Source: Candidatus Sericytochromatia bacterium
GTDB taxonomy: Bacteria > Cyanobacteriota > Sericytochromatia > UBA7694
NCBI GenBank assembly: GCA_018780035.1
Contig: JADMKE010000003.1
Coordinates: 210,753-274,752 of the forward strand
Length of the DNA: 64,000 nt
Direction: 5' to 3'
The position numbers and the translations under genes are program-made. Under the pieces are notes generated by a model, which was not told the origin of the DNA, did no database searches, and was given only the letters and a program-made list of their open reading frames with translations. Positions 47,636 to 57,700 of the stretch are shown one piece after another (position 1 is the first letter of the stretch; the number at the start of each line of letters is the position of its first letter).

Positions 47636-47649
47636 GTCTGGTATAAATC

Positions 47650-49740
47650 ATGTCCCGTCCCCCCAAACGTCCACCGCTCAGACCCTTGGCTCAACCTGGC
47701 CCGAAAGAACCCTCGCAGCTGCGTAAACTGTTTTTGCGTGGCTTGGTGATCTTGCTCATTATTGGCATGGCTTTGGGGGTCGGGGGCGGTATTGCTTTGG
47801 CGGTGCTCTACAATCGCCTGCCTGATGTGCGCCAACTTGAAAAATTCACCTTGCCCCAGGCCAACGAAATTTATACCCGTTCTGGCCGCCTGCTGACGCG
47901 GATTTCTTCTCAGGGACGCTATGATCCGATTCCTCTGGAGCAAATCCCCAAACATATGCAAGATGCGATCACCTCTGCTGAAGATCGGCGTTTTTGGGAG
48001 CATACCGGCGTGGATTTACTCGGCTTGGCCCGTGCTGCATTTGTAAATATTCGCAAAGGTGGCACTGTGGGTGGGGCCAGTACCCTGACTCAGCAATTGA
48101 TTAAAAATCTGTTTTTGACCTCCGAACGCACAGCCAAACGCAAAATTGCCGAGGCCCTGCTGGCGATTCAGCTCGAAAGTAAATACTCCAAACCCCAGAT
48201 TTTGGAAATGTATCTCAATTTGGTCTTTCTTGGCCACAATGTCTATGGGGTTGAAGCCGCCTCTCAGGTCTATTTCGGCAAATCCGTGCGTCAGGTGACG
48301 ATTGCGGAGGCTGCTATGCTGGCGGGCATTATTCGCAGCCCTGAATACCTCTCGCCCTATCACCGCATGGAAGGGGCCAAAAAAGTTCAGGCGATTGTGC
48401 TCAATCAAATGGCCAAAGATCAACGCATTACCGAAAAACAAAAAGAAGAGGCACTCAAACAGCCGATCCATTTGGCGGGTCTGCGTACAAGTTATCCCCA
48501 CCCCTATTTTCTGGATTATGTGCTCTATTCACTCAGGGAAAAAGTGGGAGAAGGCCTGTTTCGCAGGGGTGGCTGGAAGGTCTATACCACGATTGATCCC
48601 GAGGCCCAGGCTTATGCTGAGCGTGTCTTGCGTGAGCAAGCGCCCCGGATAATGCGCTATGGTGCCAAACAGGCGGCTTTGGTCTCGTTGGACCCCCGTA
48701 CCGGTTTTATTCACGCCATGGTGGGTGGGGTCGATTATTCCAAAAGTCAGTTTAATCGCGCTTTTCAGGCCCAACGCCAGGTGGGCTCAACCTTTAAACC
48801 CTTTGTCTATTTAAGTGCCTTTGAACAGGGCAAAGATCTTAAATCGACCCTTCAAGATGGCCCTGTCAGCTTTGGCGGCTACCGCCCCCGCAATTGGGAT
48901 CGCCGCTACCACGGCCAAGTGAACCTTTTGCAGGCCCTGACGATGTCGATGAATATTCCCACCGTCAAATTGGCCAATGAATTGGGGATGGATCGGGTGA
49001 TTGATGTTGCCCGCCGGGCAGGGGTGAGCAGTGAGATCGCCAACGATCTGACCTCAGCTTTGGGATCTTCAGAAATGAACTTGCTTGAATTGACTGCGGC
49101 TTATGGCAGCTTTGCCAACGGCGGAATGCGTGTGCAGCCCACTGCTATTGCCAAGGTTGTAGACGTCGAAGGCAACGTGCTGTTTGATTATTACCCACCC
49201 CAACAACGCGTCTTTCCTTTGGCTGCGGTTAGCCAACTCAATATTGCACTGCAAAACGTGGTCAATAAAGGCACGGGCACGGGCGCCAATCTTGGCCGTC
49301 CGGCCGCGGGCAAAACAGGTACCACAGATCAGAGTTATGATACTTGGTTTGTGGGATATGTGCCCCAATTGGTGACAGGGGTCTGGGCCGGTAACGATAC
49401 CCCCAGCGCAACCCGAGGTGGCGGAGGCTCTGTCTGTGCGCCTGTTTGGCGCCAATACATGCGTTTTGCAACCCGTGGCTTACCTGCCGAGGGCTTTGAA
49501 GTGGTCCAACCCGAAAGCTCAGCCTCTCCCAGCAGCAGCGATGCCTCGGCTTCGCCCAGCCCGACTCCGACGGGACCTGCCATTGAAATTTCGGAAATTC
49601 CCCCGCAAACGCCCCCCCCAGTGGAGAGCACTCCCAGCCCTGCACCCACCCCTGAGGTCACTGAACCGCCTGCCGAAGAGACGCCCACCCCCATTGAAGA
49701 GACACCTGTGGAGCAACCCAGCGAAGAGCCCATGCTCTAA
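47650..49740 (+). CDS. mrcA: Class A penicillin-binding protein 1A (glycosyltransferase + transpeptidase) with Pro/Glu/Thr-rich C-terminal tail
   Basis: GT51 motif EDRRFWEH. Transpeptidase motifs STFKP, SMN and KTGTT. Confidence 0.9.
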   Translation: MSRPPKRPPLRPLAQPGPKEPSQLRKLFLRGLVILLIIGMALGVGGGIALAVLYNRLPDVRQLEKFTLPQANEIYTRSGRLLTRISSQGRYDPIPLEQIPKHMQDAITSAEDRRFWEHTGVDLLGLARAAFVNIRKGGTVGGASTLTQQLIKNLFLTSERTAKRKIAEALLAIQLESKYSKPQILEMYLNLVFLGHNVYGVEAASQVYFGKSVRQVTIAEAAMLAGIIRSPEYLSPYHRMEGAKKVQAIVLNQMAKDQRITEKQKEEALKQPIHLAGLRTSYPHPYFLDYVLYSLREKVGEGLFRRGGWKVYTTIDPEAQAYAERVLREQAPRIMRYGAKQAALVSLDPRTGFIHAMVGGVDYSKSQFNRAFQAQRQVGSTFKPFVYLSAFEQGKDLKSTLQDGPVSFGGYRPRNWDRRYHGQVNLLQALTMSMNIPTVKLANELGMDRVIDVARRAGVSSEIANDLTSALGSSEMNLLELTAAYGSFANGGMRVQPTAIAKVVDVEGNVLFDYYPPQQRVFPLAAVSQLNIALQNVVNKGTGTGANLGRPAAGKTGTTDQSYDTWFVGYVPQLVTGVWAGNDTPSATRGGGGSVCAPVWRQYMRFATRGLPAEGFEVVQPESSASPSSSDASASPSPTPTGPAIEISEIPPQTPPPVESTPSPAPTPEVTEPPAEETPTPIEETPVEQPSEEPML

Positions 49741-49795
49741 AACTGAACGATTTTCAGATCTTGTTCGCTGCACATAAAAAGGACTAAATAGCACA

Positions 49796-49824
49796 AAAGC
49801 ACCCTTTTCAATGGGTGCTTTTAT
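49796..49824 (+). terminator. Rho-independent terminator after mrcA
   Basis: AAGCACCC-ttttcaat-GGGTGCTT is a perfect 8-bp stem followed by TTAT. Confidence 0.6.
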
Positions 49825-49937
49825 ACTTAGAAACGGAACAATAGAAATCGAAACGAGTCGGAGGTAAAAACTTGGAAGCTAAAACATTTGGAAACTAAAA
49901 CATTTGGAAACGAATTCGAAACTAAATTTTTTAGAAT

Positions 49938-50105
49938 TAAACGCCTGGAGCTTGCAGAGTCTTCCTTTCTAAAGGGGTTTCAAAGACCTTGGGAACAAAA
50001 CGCTTGGAACTTACAGTGTCTTCCTTTCTAAAAGGATTTCAAAGACCTTGGGAACAAAACGCTTGGAGCTTACAGAGTCTTCCTTTCTGAAAAGGGTTCA
50101 ATGAG
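49938..50105. repeat. Tandem direct repeat, 59-60 bp unit x ~2.8, in convergent intergenic region
   Basis: The unit aaacgcYtggaRcttRcagWgtcttcctttctaaaRggRtttcaaagaccttgggaaca occurs twice fully and a third time partially. Short 16-bp repeats (ctaaaacatttggaaa x2) lie just upstream at 49877-49910. Confidence 0.85.
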
Positions 50106-50293
50106 AACAAAAACTATCTTGCCAAAATCATTCAATAACCTACCTGAGTACGAAGATTGTTAGATATTTTTCTGCTTGGATTTTTGTGCTTTTTGCACAA
50201 TGCATCAGGCACTCAAGTACAATAACCAATCCGTTTTACAGGAATATATCAGTCAGGTTAAGCTCGGGATAATCTTGGCACAAAAGCTCGAAA

Positions 50294-51172
50294 TTAAGCC
50301 CCAAAATTGCATTTGCCCATTTCTTGGAGGCAATTGAACTCCATATTTTTCCCGGCCTGCAGAGACTCTGCGCGATTTTTAAGGGATTGAATTTCAAGCG
50401 GGCTCAAGCCTTTTGCCTTTAAAAACAGGTTTAATTCGCTCAATACTTGGCTTTGGGGCCGACAAAATGAGCGGGTTACCAAAATATCTTCAAGCAGTTC
50501 GCTGCGCAAGGACTTCAGTTCAGATGCAAAGAGTGGGGCCCATTGTTGCAGGCGCAATTGCTCTTGCCAAAGTTGCAGATGTAAACCACTGCCCAAATGG
50601 GTGCAACCGCCATAATCCCAGGTTTGGGCTGACCACTGTGGCCAATTGGTCGAATACTCACCCCAGGCCTTTTGTAGCAGGGCCATCAGCTGATCGTCGC
50701 TTGTTTCGGGGGTGAGTTTTGCCAATTTGGCAAATGTCGGGTAATGCAATGCCAGGATTAATTCGGTGCCTTCGGCCACCAATCGCGGCTTTAAACCGGG
50801 TGTAAGGGGCTCCAACCAGCTAAAATCGAGCTGTTTGCTCAACGGCCTGTTCCAAGCTGCTTGATGCAATTGACTCAAAGGCGGGGAGAGCTTGGGGCTC
50901 AGGTTGCGGGCAGATTGCAGGGATTTGTACCAATCGTCTTGGGTTTTGACTGCTTGAAACTGCTTGCGATAGCTTAGTAGCTCTGAATAAGCGATTGAAC
51001 CGACTATCTTTTTGAGTTTGTCGTCAGCCTCTAAAGGGGGATTGTTGCCCCAGGCCCAAGCAGAAAAAGTGGCGCCGAGACCCATCAGTCCCCAACAGCT
51101 CAAACCGAGTGTCAAACCTACCAAACCCACTGCGGGTCGAGCATGAGCCCGCAGCTTGATTCGGAATTCCAT
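50294..51172 (-). CDS. Hypothetical membrane-anchored periplasmic protein
   Basis: N-terminal TM/signal anchor. It lies 3 nt downstream of the transporter gene stop. Confidence 0.5.
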   Translation of the reverse strand: MEFRIKLRAHARPAVGLVGLTLGLSCWGLMGLGATFSAWAWGNNPPLEADDKLKKIVGSIAYSELLSYRKQFQAVKTQDDWYKSLQSARNLSPKLSPPLSQLHQAAWNRPLSKQLDFSWLEPLTPGLKPRLVAEGTELILALHYPTFAKLAKLTPETSDDQLMALLQKAWGEYSTNWPQWSAQTWDYGGCTHLGSGLHLQLWQEQLRLQQWAPLFASELKSLRSELLEDILVTRSFCRPQSQVLSELNLFLKAKGLSPLEIQSLKNRAESLQAGKNMEFNCLQEMGKCNFGA

Positions 51173-51175
51173 CCT

Positions 51176-52489
51176 TTAGGCTCCTCCTGCGGTTTTCTGT
51201 TCAGGCAAACGCCCTTCCAAACGACTGACCACCACCACAGCGGTAATATCACCAGTGACGTTCAGAACTGTGCGACACATATCCAAGAGGCGATCGACGC
51301 CATAGATAATGGCAATGCTCTCACCGGGCACGCCGAGCGAGATCAGAATGCTGACAATTAAAGGCAGCGAGCCTCCGGGCACGCCCGCTGTGCCCACTCC
51401 TGCCAAAATGGAGAGGAAGACCACCAATATCTGTTGCATCAAGTTGAGTTCCACCCCAAAACACTGGGCCAAGAAGAGCAAGGTAATGCCTTCAAACAGG
51501 GCTGTGCCATTCTGATTGGCGGTGCTGCCAACGGTCAAAACAAAGCGCGAAATATCTGAGGGCATGTGCAGCTCGTCTTGGGTCACACGCAGGGCAGTGG
51601 GCAAAGTGGCATTGCTGGAACTGGTTGAAAAGGCTGTCAGCATTACTTCGCGGATCGCCTTAAAAAAGACCTTGGGCGAAAAGCCTGCCAATTTGAGAAT
51701 GGCTGAATAGACAATAAATTGCTGGATCGCTAAAGCTGCCAGCACCACCAGCACGTAATTAAGCACCAGGTGTAAAATCGCAAAACCCGTATTGGCAACC
51801 AAAATAAACAAAAGCGCAGCCACCCCAAAAGGCGCCAGGGACATGCCAAAGCCAATCCCTTTCATCACAATTTCATAGACCCCTTCGAGAAAGGCTTTGA
51901 CTGGAGCCACTTTTTCGGGATCGGAGGCTGAGAGTGCCAGGCCCAGCACCACCGCAAAGAACATTACCGCCAGCAGGCCACCACCGGTATAGGTGGGATC
52001 GAAGGCCCTTGCCATGTCTTCGACCGGGTTTTTGGGAATCAGCGAAACCAGCAATTCACTCACGGTGCGGTCGGGAATATCTGCTGCTTTGGCCTGTAAA
52101 CCTGCTGCAGAGTCAGAAAATTTCTCAATTAAATATTGACGATCAGCGGCTTTGATTCCTTTGGCTGGTTGAACCAGATTAAACAAAGTCAAGCCTACAA
52201 TCACCGATATGCCCGAAGCCACCAGGGTATAGACCAATGTTTTGAGTCCAATCCTGCCAATTTTTTTCAAATCGCCAAGTTCAGCCACCCCCAGAATCAA
52301 GGCCGAAAGCAAGAGAGGAATAACCAACATAAAGATCATGCGCAAAAACAGATCGCCGATCGGCTTGATCCATTTAATGAGTTCAGCTACCGTTTCGGGG
52401 GAAAGGCCAAGCAGGTGTACCAGCGCACCGCCGAGTATCCCCACAATCATGCCAATAAAAATCCGGGTATGCAGGGGAATTGATTTCAT
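51176..52489 (-). CDS. Dicarboxylate/amino acid:cation symporter (DAACS, GltP/DctA-like)
   Basis: 437 aa with 8-10 TM segments and hairpin-loop regions, typical of the sodium:dicarboxylate symporter family. Confidence 0.8.
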   Translation of the reverse strand: MKSIPLHTRIFIGMIVGILGGALVHLLGLSPETVAELIKWIKPIGDLFLRMIFMLVIPLLLSALILGVAELGDLKKIGRIGLKTLVYTLVASGISVIVGLTLFNLVQPAKGIKAADRQYLIEKFSDSAAGLQAKAADIPDRTVSELLVSLIPKNPVEDMARAFDPTYTGGGLLAVMFFAVVLGLALSASDPEKVAPVKAFLEGVYEIVMKGIGFGMSLAPFGVAALLFILVANTGFAILHLVLNYVLVVLAALAIQQFIVYSAILKLAGFSPKVFFKAIREVMLTAFSTSSSNATLPTALRVTQDELHMPSDISRFVLTVGSTANQNGTALFEGITLLFLAQCFGVELNLMQQILVVFLSILAGVGTAGVPGGSLPLIVSILISLGVPGESIAIIYGVDRLLDMCRTVLNVTGDITAVVVVSRLEGRLPEQKTAGGA

Positions 52490-52642
52490 CGGGGTTTGTC
52501 CTGTCTGGTGATCATGCGCAAGTACTAATTGCTCTATTGTATGCGGATTTTGGCCCAGACAAAAGGGACTAGACCCGAATCAGCGTGACGACGATCCTGT
52601 CACTACTGCGAAAATAGGGGTCAGAATGGGGTTTGTTATGAG

Positions 52643-53485
52643 TTAATAAACGGGTTTAAAAAATTGCTGGGCCCGGATTGCCAGCTTTTGTGAACAGAGC
52701 AGGGCAAAAGGTTCGCTTTTGAGATAGATCTGAAAGTCCAGCTCTTGAAAAGACTGAGCCAATTGACTCAGGCCCGCCATCAAAATGGCTTGTTCTTCCA
52801 TGCCGTATTTGTCGCGGGGCAATAGTTTGCGTGCGGCACTGTGCACTTCGTCGGCGATCTGGGCTTTGACTTCGGCCATACGTGATTGTAAAAGGGCCTG
52901 TTGTTCTTGGCTCGCTTTTAACTCTTCGGCTGCAGAGGCATAGGCCTCCAGCATCCAGTAAAAAGGCACATCTTTGAGTTTGTTGAGCATGGCTTCACTC
53001 AGTTCCAATTGCCAGAGTCCAAGAAACTCTTCGAGTTCCAGGCAGTCTTCCCAGGCTTCTGGGCGTCCTTGAAAGAGAATGCCGCCTGTGAGGTCATCCC
53101 AGCGTTCTTGCAGCGCATCTTCCCAACTCAGGGCGTACATACCCGTACCCGATTCAAAGGTTGGACGCGTATCTCCTGAGGGTTCAGTCAAAAAATCGCC
53201 AAGTAATTGGTAGTCTTCGGGTTGAAAGTGCTCGCTGCTTGGCTCGGAGAATATGGAATAGTCATAACCTGTATCACGGTGAACATATTCATATTTTTGT
53301 CCATATTTAACTGTATGGGTTAATTCTGTTAGAACCTGATGGAAAAACAAGGTCTGGACAATTTCCAGCTCTTCGGTGCATTTGAGCCAAAAATGCTGGA
53401 GTTCACTTTGGTAAAGGAGTAGAAATTGATCACTCAGACCCGCAGTCATGTCCTGAAAGCGCATTTTTACCTCGCCTTTGTCCAA
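52643..53485 (-). CDS. Hypothetical acidic cytoplasmic protein
   Basis: 280 aa, Asp/Glu-rich, with no recognisable motifs. Confidence 0.45.
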   Translation of the reverse strand: MDKGEVKMRFQDMTAGLSDQFLLLYQSELQHFWLKCTEELEIVQTLFFHQVLTELTHTVKYGQKYEYVHRDTGYDYSIFSEPSSEHFQPEDYQLLGDFLTEPSGDTRPTFESGTGMYALSWEDALQERWDDLTGGILFQGRPEAWEDCLELEEFLGLWQLELSEAMLNKLKDVPFYWMLEAYASAAEELKASQEQQALLQSRMAEVKAQIADEVHSAARKLLPRDKYGMEEQAILMAGLSQLAQSFQELDFQIYLKSEPFALLCSQKLAIRAQQFFKPVY

Positions 53486-53554
53486 ATTTTTGGCCCAATT
53501 ATGTGTAATAAAACATCAGAATACAATTAGTATACATAATTGAAACAAAAATCT

Positions 53555-54736
53555 CTAGCGAACGTGCCAAAGAACCTTTAAAAATTCATCCCAATGGGTG
53601 CGTTGAGCAAAGACACTCTGCAGATAGTCAACGCGATCGGGATTGTCGGGTGCCAAAACTGAAATGGAGATTCCATTGGCCTCGGGATAATCAAACCGGT
53701 GCCAAGCGTGTAACAGGCTGGCCTGAGCAGTGGCTTCAACCTGGGCAGAGGTTTCTCGAATCTTGGCATCGGGCAGATTGAGTTTGAAGAGTTGGGCCAG
53801 ATGAATCAGATCTTTTTCGTCTTCAGCTTCTTCAAAATGCTGGGCTTGTTTCAAAGCCCATAAGATTTCAGTCTTATACTTCGGCAAGCCAGACATCAGA
53901 GCGATACTCCACTGGTCGACAGCCTTCATCAGCGCTTCAAAACGCTCATCCAGCACCACTGCTGAGCCTGTCCGCTCTTGGTTATAGCTGGCACTTAAGG
54001 CACTGAGAATTGCCATTTCTTCAGCTTGGATTTGGGGTTTGGCATTCAGAACTTTTAAAATTCGGTCGTATTCCAGGCCATCCCAATCGACAAATTCTTG
54101 GGAGTGAACCAAGGTTTTGGCAAAGCCCTGCCAAAGCGCTTCCACTTCAATTGAGGCCATATTGCAGCCATCATAGCCCACCACATCCCACATGCCCAAT
54201 TGGGGCAGAATCGCTTGCAATTCGTGGGGGTCGAGGGCATCTTGGCTGCTGCTGTCTTCCATAATATACCCCGGATGCCAATTCCAGCCATGGCCCCAAA
54301 AATAAAGGGCATAATGTTCAGCCGGATGGTTTTTACGCGCCCAAGTGACAAATTCAAGCAGGGTACGCGGATCGCCGAGGTTGCGCTCCCCCCAATTGGC
54401 CAAAGCCTGGATGGGAGTGGCCTTTAAACCAGGTAAGACCTCAAACAAGAGGGTCTCGCTCCACGTTGGGTTGGGGGCCCGATCCGCCAAGGCCACGACT
54501 TTGACCCGGCCATTGGAACCAGGGACTGCAAGCTCGTTCTCGAGATCTTTGACGATGTATTCATCCAGATCATTGTCGCCAGACATATACAGCAATACAG
54601 TCCAGGCAGCTTTGGGGGACCCGGTATTTTCTGAGGAAGGTGGCTGAGCCAAAGCTGGGCAGATACTTAAACACATGCAGTAGAGAAAAAGGACTGCGCT
54701 CCCAAATAACGGTAATTTTATGCTGTTGCGGGTCAT
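53555..54736 (-). CDS. Secreted clostripain-like cysteine peptidase (family C11)
   Basis: Signal peptide. His in YFWGHGWNWHPGY and Cys in VGYDGCNMASIE. The ATG overlaps the NRPS-PKS stop (TGATG). Confidence 0.65.
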   Translation of the reverse strand: MTRNSIKLPLFGSAVLFLYCMCLSICPALAQPPSSENTGSPKAAWTVLLYMSGDNDLDEYIVKDLENELAVPGSNGRVKVVALADRAPNPTWSETLLFEVLPGLKATPIQALANWGERNLGDPRTLLEFVTWARKNHPAEHYALYFWGHGWNWHPGYIMEDSSSQDALDPHELQAILPQLGMWDVVGYDGCNMASIEVEALWQGFAKTLVHSQEFVDWDGLEYDRILKVLNAKPQIQAEEMAILSALSASYNQERTGSAVVLDERFEALMKAVDQWSIALMSGLPKYKTEILWALKQAQHFEEAEDEKDLIHLAQLFKLNLPDAKIRETSAQVEATAQASLLHAWHRFDYPEANGISISVLAPDNPDRVDYLQSVFAQRTHWDEFLKVLWHVR

Positions 54737-57700
54737 CAATCAAGCCCAGATCCCTTCACGGGATTTTGCAGACTTCCACACAAACGGGCCAAGTCCATTG
54801 CTCCCTGACCTTCGAGCATAGAGTAGTGGTCGCCGGGCACCGTCAGCAATGTCAGCGGAGCCAAATAATCCCCCCAGCCCTTGCCTGGTCGGGAATCTGT
54901 CTGTGCCAAACCGGCTTCGGCCACGACCAAAGTGGCTGGCAAGTGAAGTGCTGTCGGTTTAAAGGTTCTAGCGGCGTGTAAATTGGCCTCAAAGACAGCA
55001 TAAAGTAATTCGCGCGTCTGTTTCCTGCTTGCTTGCCTGTTTTCCTGCCTGCTTTCAGGTCTATTTATTTGAGTGCTAGCAGATATGCTAGCATCGGCGC
55101 TAGCATGAATGATTTCTTCAGATAATCCCAACTTTTGCATCTCCAGATCAAAACGCATGCGCACCAGGGATTCTGCATGCACCCGACCCGGTGGGGGCAG
55201 GGGCAGGTCTATCAAGACCAAATGAGAGACAGCGCGGCCGCGTGCCAAGGCCTGACGTGCCATTTCGAATGCCACCAAGGCCCCAAACGACCAACCAGCG
55301 AGCAATAAAGGCCCCTCGGGTTGGACGTGCATGACTAAGTCCAAATAGGCGGCGGCCATGGCTTCCAAGCTCAAATGGGGACTCTGGCCCGTCAGACCTT
55401 GGGATTGCAGGGCAAAAAATGGACCCGATAAGTGGCGGGCCAGAGTTTGGAAGGGAAAAACAGTTCCCGAAATGGCATGAACACAGAAGAGGGTTTGTCC
55501 TGTGCCCTCACGACGCAGAGGCACCAGCAGTGACGGCACCCGTTCATTTTGCAAGGTTTCTGCCAATGAGGCCACCGTCGAACCCTGAAAGAGCAAAGCG
55601 GGAGAAACAGGCCTCTTTAGCGACTCCGCCAGACGTTCTCGCACCTGCAATGCGAGCAAGGAGTCGCCGCCGAGTTGCTGCCAACTCTCTTCTCTGCCTA
55701 TATTTGCGACGCCCAGGGCCTCACCCCAGATTTTTGCGATCTCTGACTCCAGGGGGCTTTGAGGCAAGTCTTCCGAAGGGATTTCACGGGCTTGAAGCAG
55801 GGGATGCGTGCCAGCAAGCGAAGTTTGCAAGTGGGATTTCGCTGTACTCAAGTATTGGCGGCTGAGACGAAGTAAATCAGTGGGTTTGAGGGGGCTAACG
55901 GCCAGATTTGGGTGTTTGAGGTTGTAAATCCAACTCAAACTGGCTTTGCCACTTTCCCGGTCGATGCCCTGTGCCAATAGCGCTGTCTGCAACTGTCTCA
56001 TGTGGTGAGGCAAAGTTGCCACTGCTTGCTTGGCCATGCCTCCCTCTTTCCAGGCTCCCCAGGCGATACTTTGGACAGGCAAACCCGCTTGCCAATTCGC
56101 CCCTGCCAAGGCGTTTAAAGCTGCGTTGGCAGCTGTATAGGCCCATTGACCAGGCTGACCGCTGAAACTGCTCAGGGCTGAACAGAAGAGAATCAAGCGG
56201 GGAGTCAGTTTTGATGTTTGCAAAGCCTGCAGCAGGTGTTTGGCCCCCAGCCATTTGGCAAAGACGGGCCAATCTTGGAGCCAATTTTGCAGCCCATCAG
56301 GGGACGTTTCTATCTCAGCCAAACTCTCCAATAGCCAATGCTGATCAGGGCTGCCTCCAGCGTGGAGCACCCCTGTCAGTTCTCCGGTTTGCGCTTGAAT
56401 TGCTGCCAGGGCCCGATCCCAACTCTGCCTGTCGGCCATATCCCCAGCAATCCAATTCACACTTGCCGCTCTTTCAAAAAGGGTTGCCAGATCCACTGGC
56501 GCCTCTCGACCCAAGAAAAACAGCTTTGATCCAGCTGGCAGGGCCTGCGCCAATTGGCCTCCAATTTCGCCACTCCCACCCGTGATCAAATACGTGCCCA
56601 TAGGCAAAGGCTCTGTTCTAACAGGCCCGTGTACAGGCTTGGGCAAAACTTGTGGCAAAATTTGCGGCAAAAGCTGGGGTTCCCAGAGCCAGCGGTTACG
56701 CAAAGCCAGTTCGGCATGAGCTTCATCTAACAGGGTTTTGAGTAATTCCTCAGACAGGGGCAATGAACCATCGGACTCCAGCCAGAGGCAATGCACAGCA
56801 GGCCTTTCACTCGGTAAAACTCTGGCAAGACCTAACAATAACGCCAAATCTGGGGCCAGATTCTGCTCTGCACCCGTTACAACCTGTACCGCTGGCATCA
56901 AAAAACAAAGCTGTGTCAAGCCGAGTTTTAACAGCTCAGCCAAACTTGCCAGGGCCCATTTGAGCAATGCGTCAGGGGGAGCGTCTGTTTGCCAGTTGCG
57001 GCAGTCAAACACAACTTTGATATGTTTCTCCTCGCCGAGTTTGAACGCTTGACCGGCAATCAGCCAAATCAAATTTTCGGTCTCGCGGGCGGCACTGTGG
57101 GGTATATCTGGAGCGGCTAAAGGTACTTTCCGCCGTTGCCATTCCAGAGAATAGAACCAGTTTTCCAAGTTCTGGCGCACAGGCAGTGCCCCAGCACCCT
57201 CTGACTCCGTGGGGCTGAACCAATAATTTTCTCTTTCAAAGGGTGTGCCGGGCAGGACCCGTTTTGCATAGCGCTGCTCAAACAGGACCTTGCGCTCCAG
57301 ACGAAAGCCCCTTTGCCACAGCTGTCCCAGGCAATTTAAAAAAGTGGTTCGGCTCTCAGAGGCTTCTGTGCCCAAGCCCCAAAGAGGTGTATATTCGCCC
57401 TTTCCACGCAATAAAGCACTCAGAGCCCGGCCAGGTCCCGTTTCGAGGGGCAAAAAAGTTTCCTGCTGATCAGTGAAAAGCAATTGATTTAAACTGCGCT
57501 TAAAGGGCACAGGTTCGAGGGTTTGGGCCCGCCAATAGTCTGGGTCGCTCAATTCTTTGACACTCAAAACTTGGCTACGCAGTGCAGAATACACCTGCCA
57601 TGTCCCTTTTTGCCAGGGTTGGCTGGAACAAAGTTGGCTGAGTTCGTCCAGAATCGGCTCCAGCAGCGGGTGATGCACAGCATGGGGAATGGGTAATTCA

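Noticed and set aside
49870-50105. Possible CRISPR array suggested by the repeated units
   Set aside because: The repeats are 59-60 bp and directly abutting with no unique spacers. There are no cas genes anywhere in the window. The array is better described as a tandem direct repeat.
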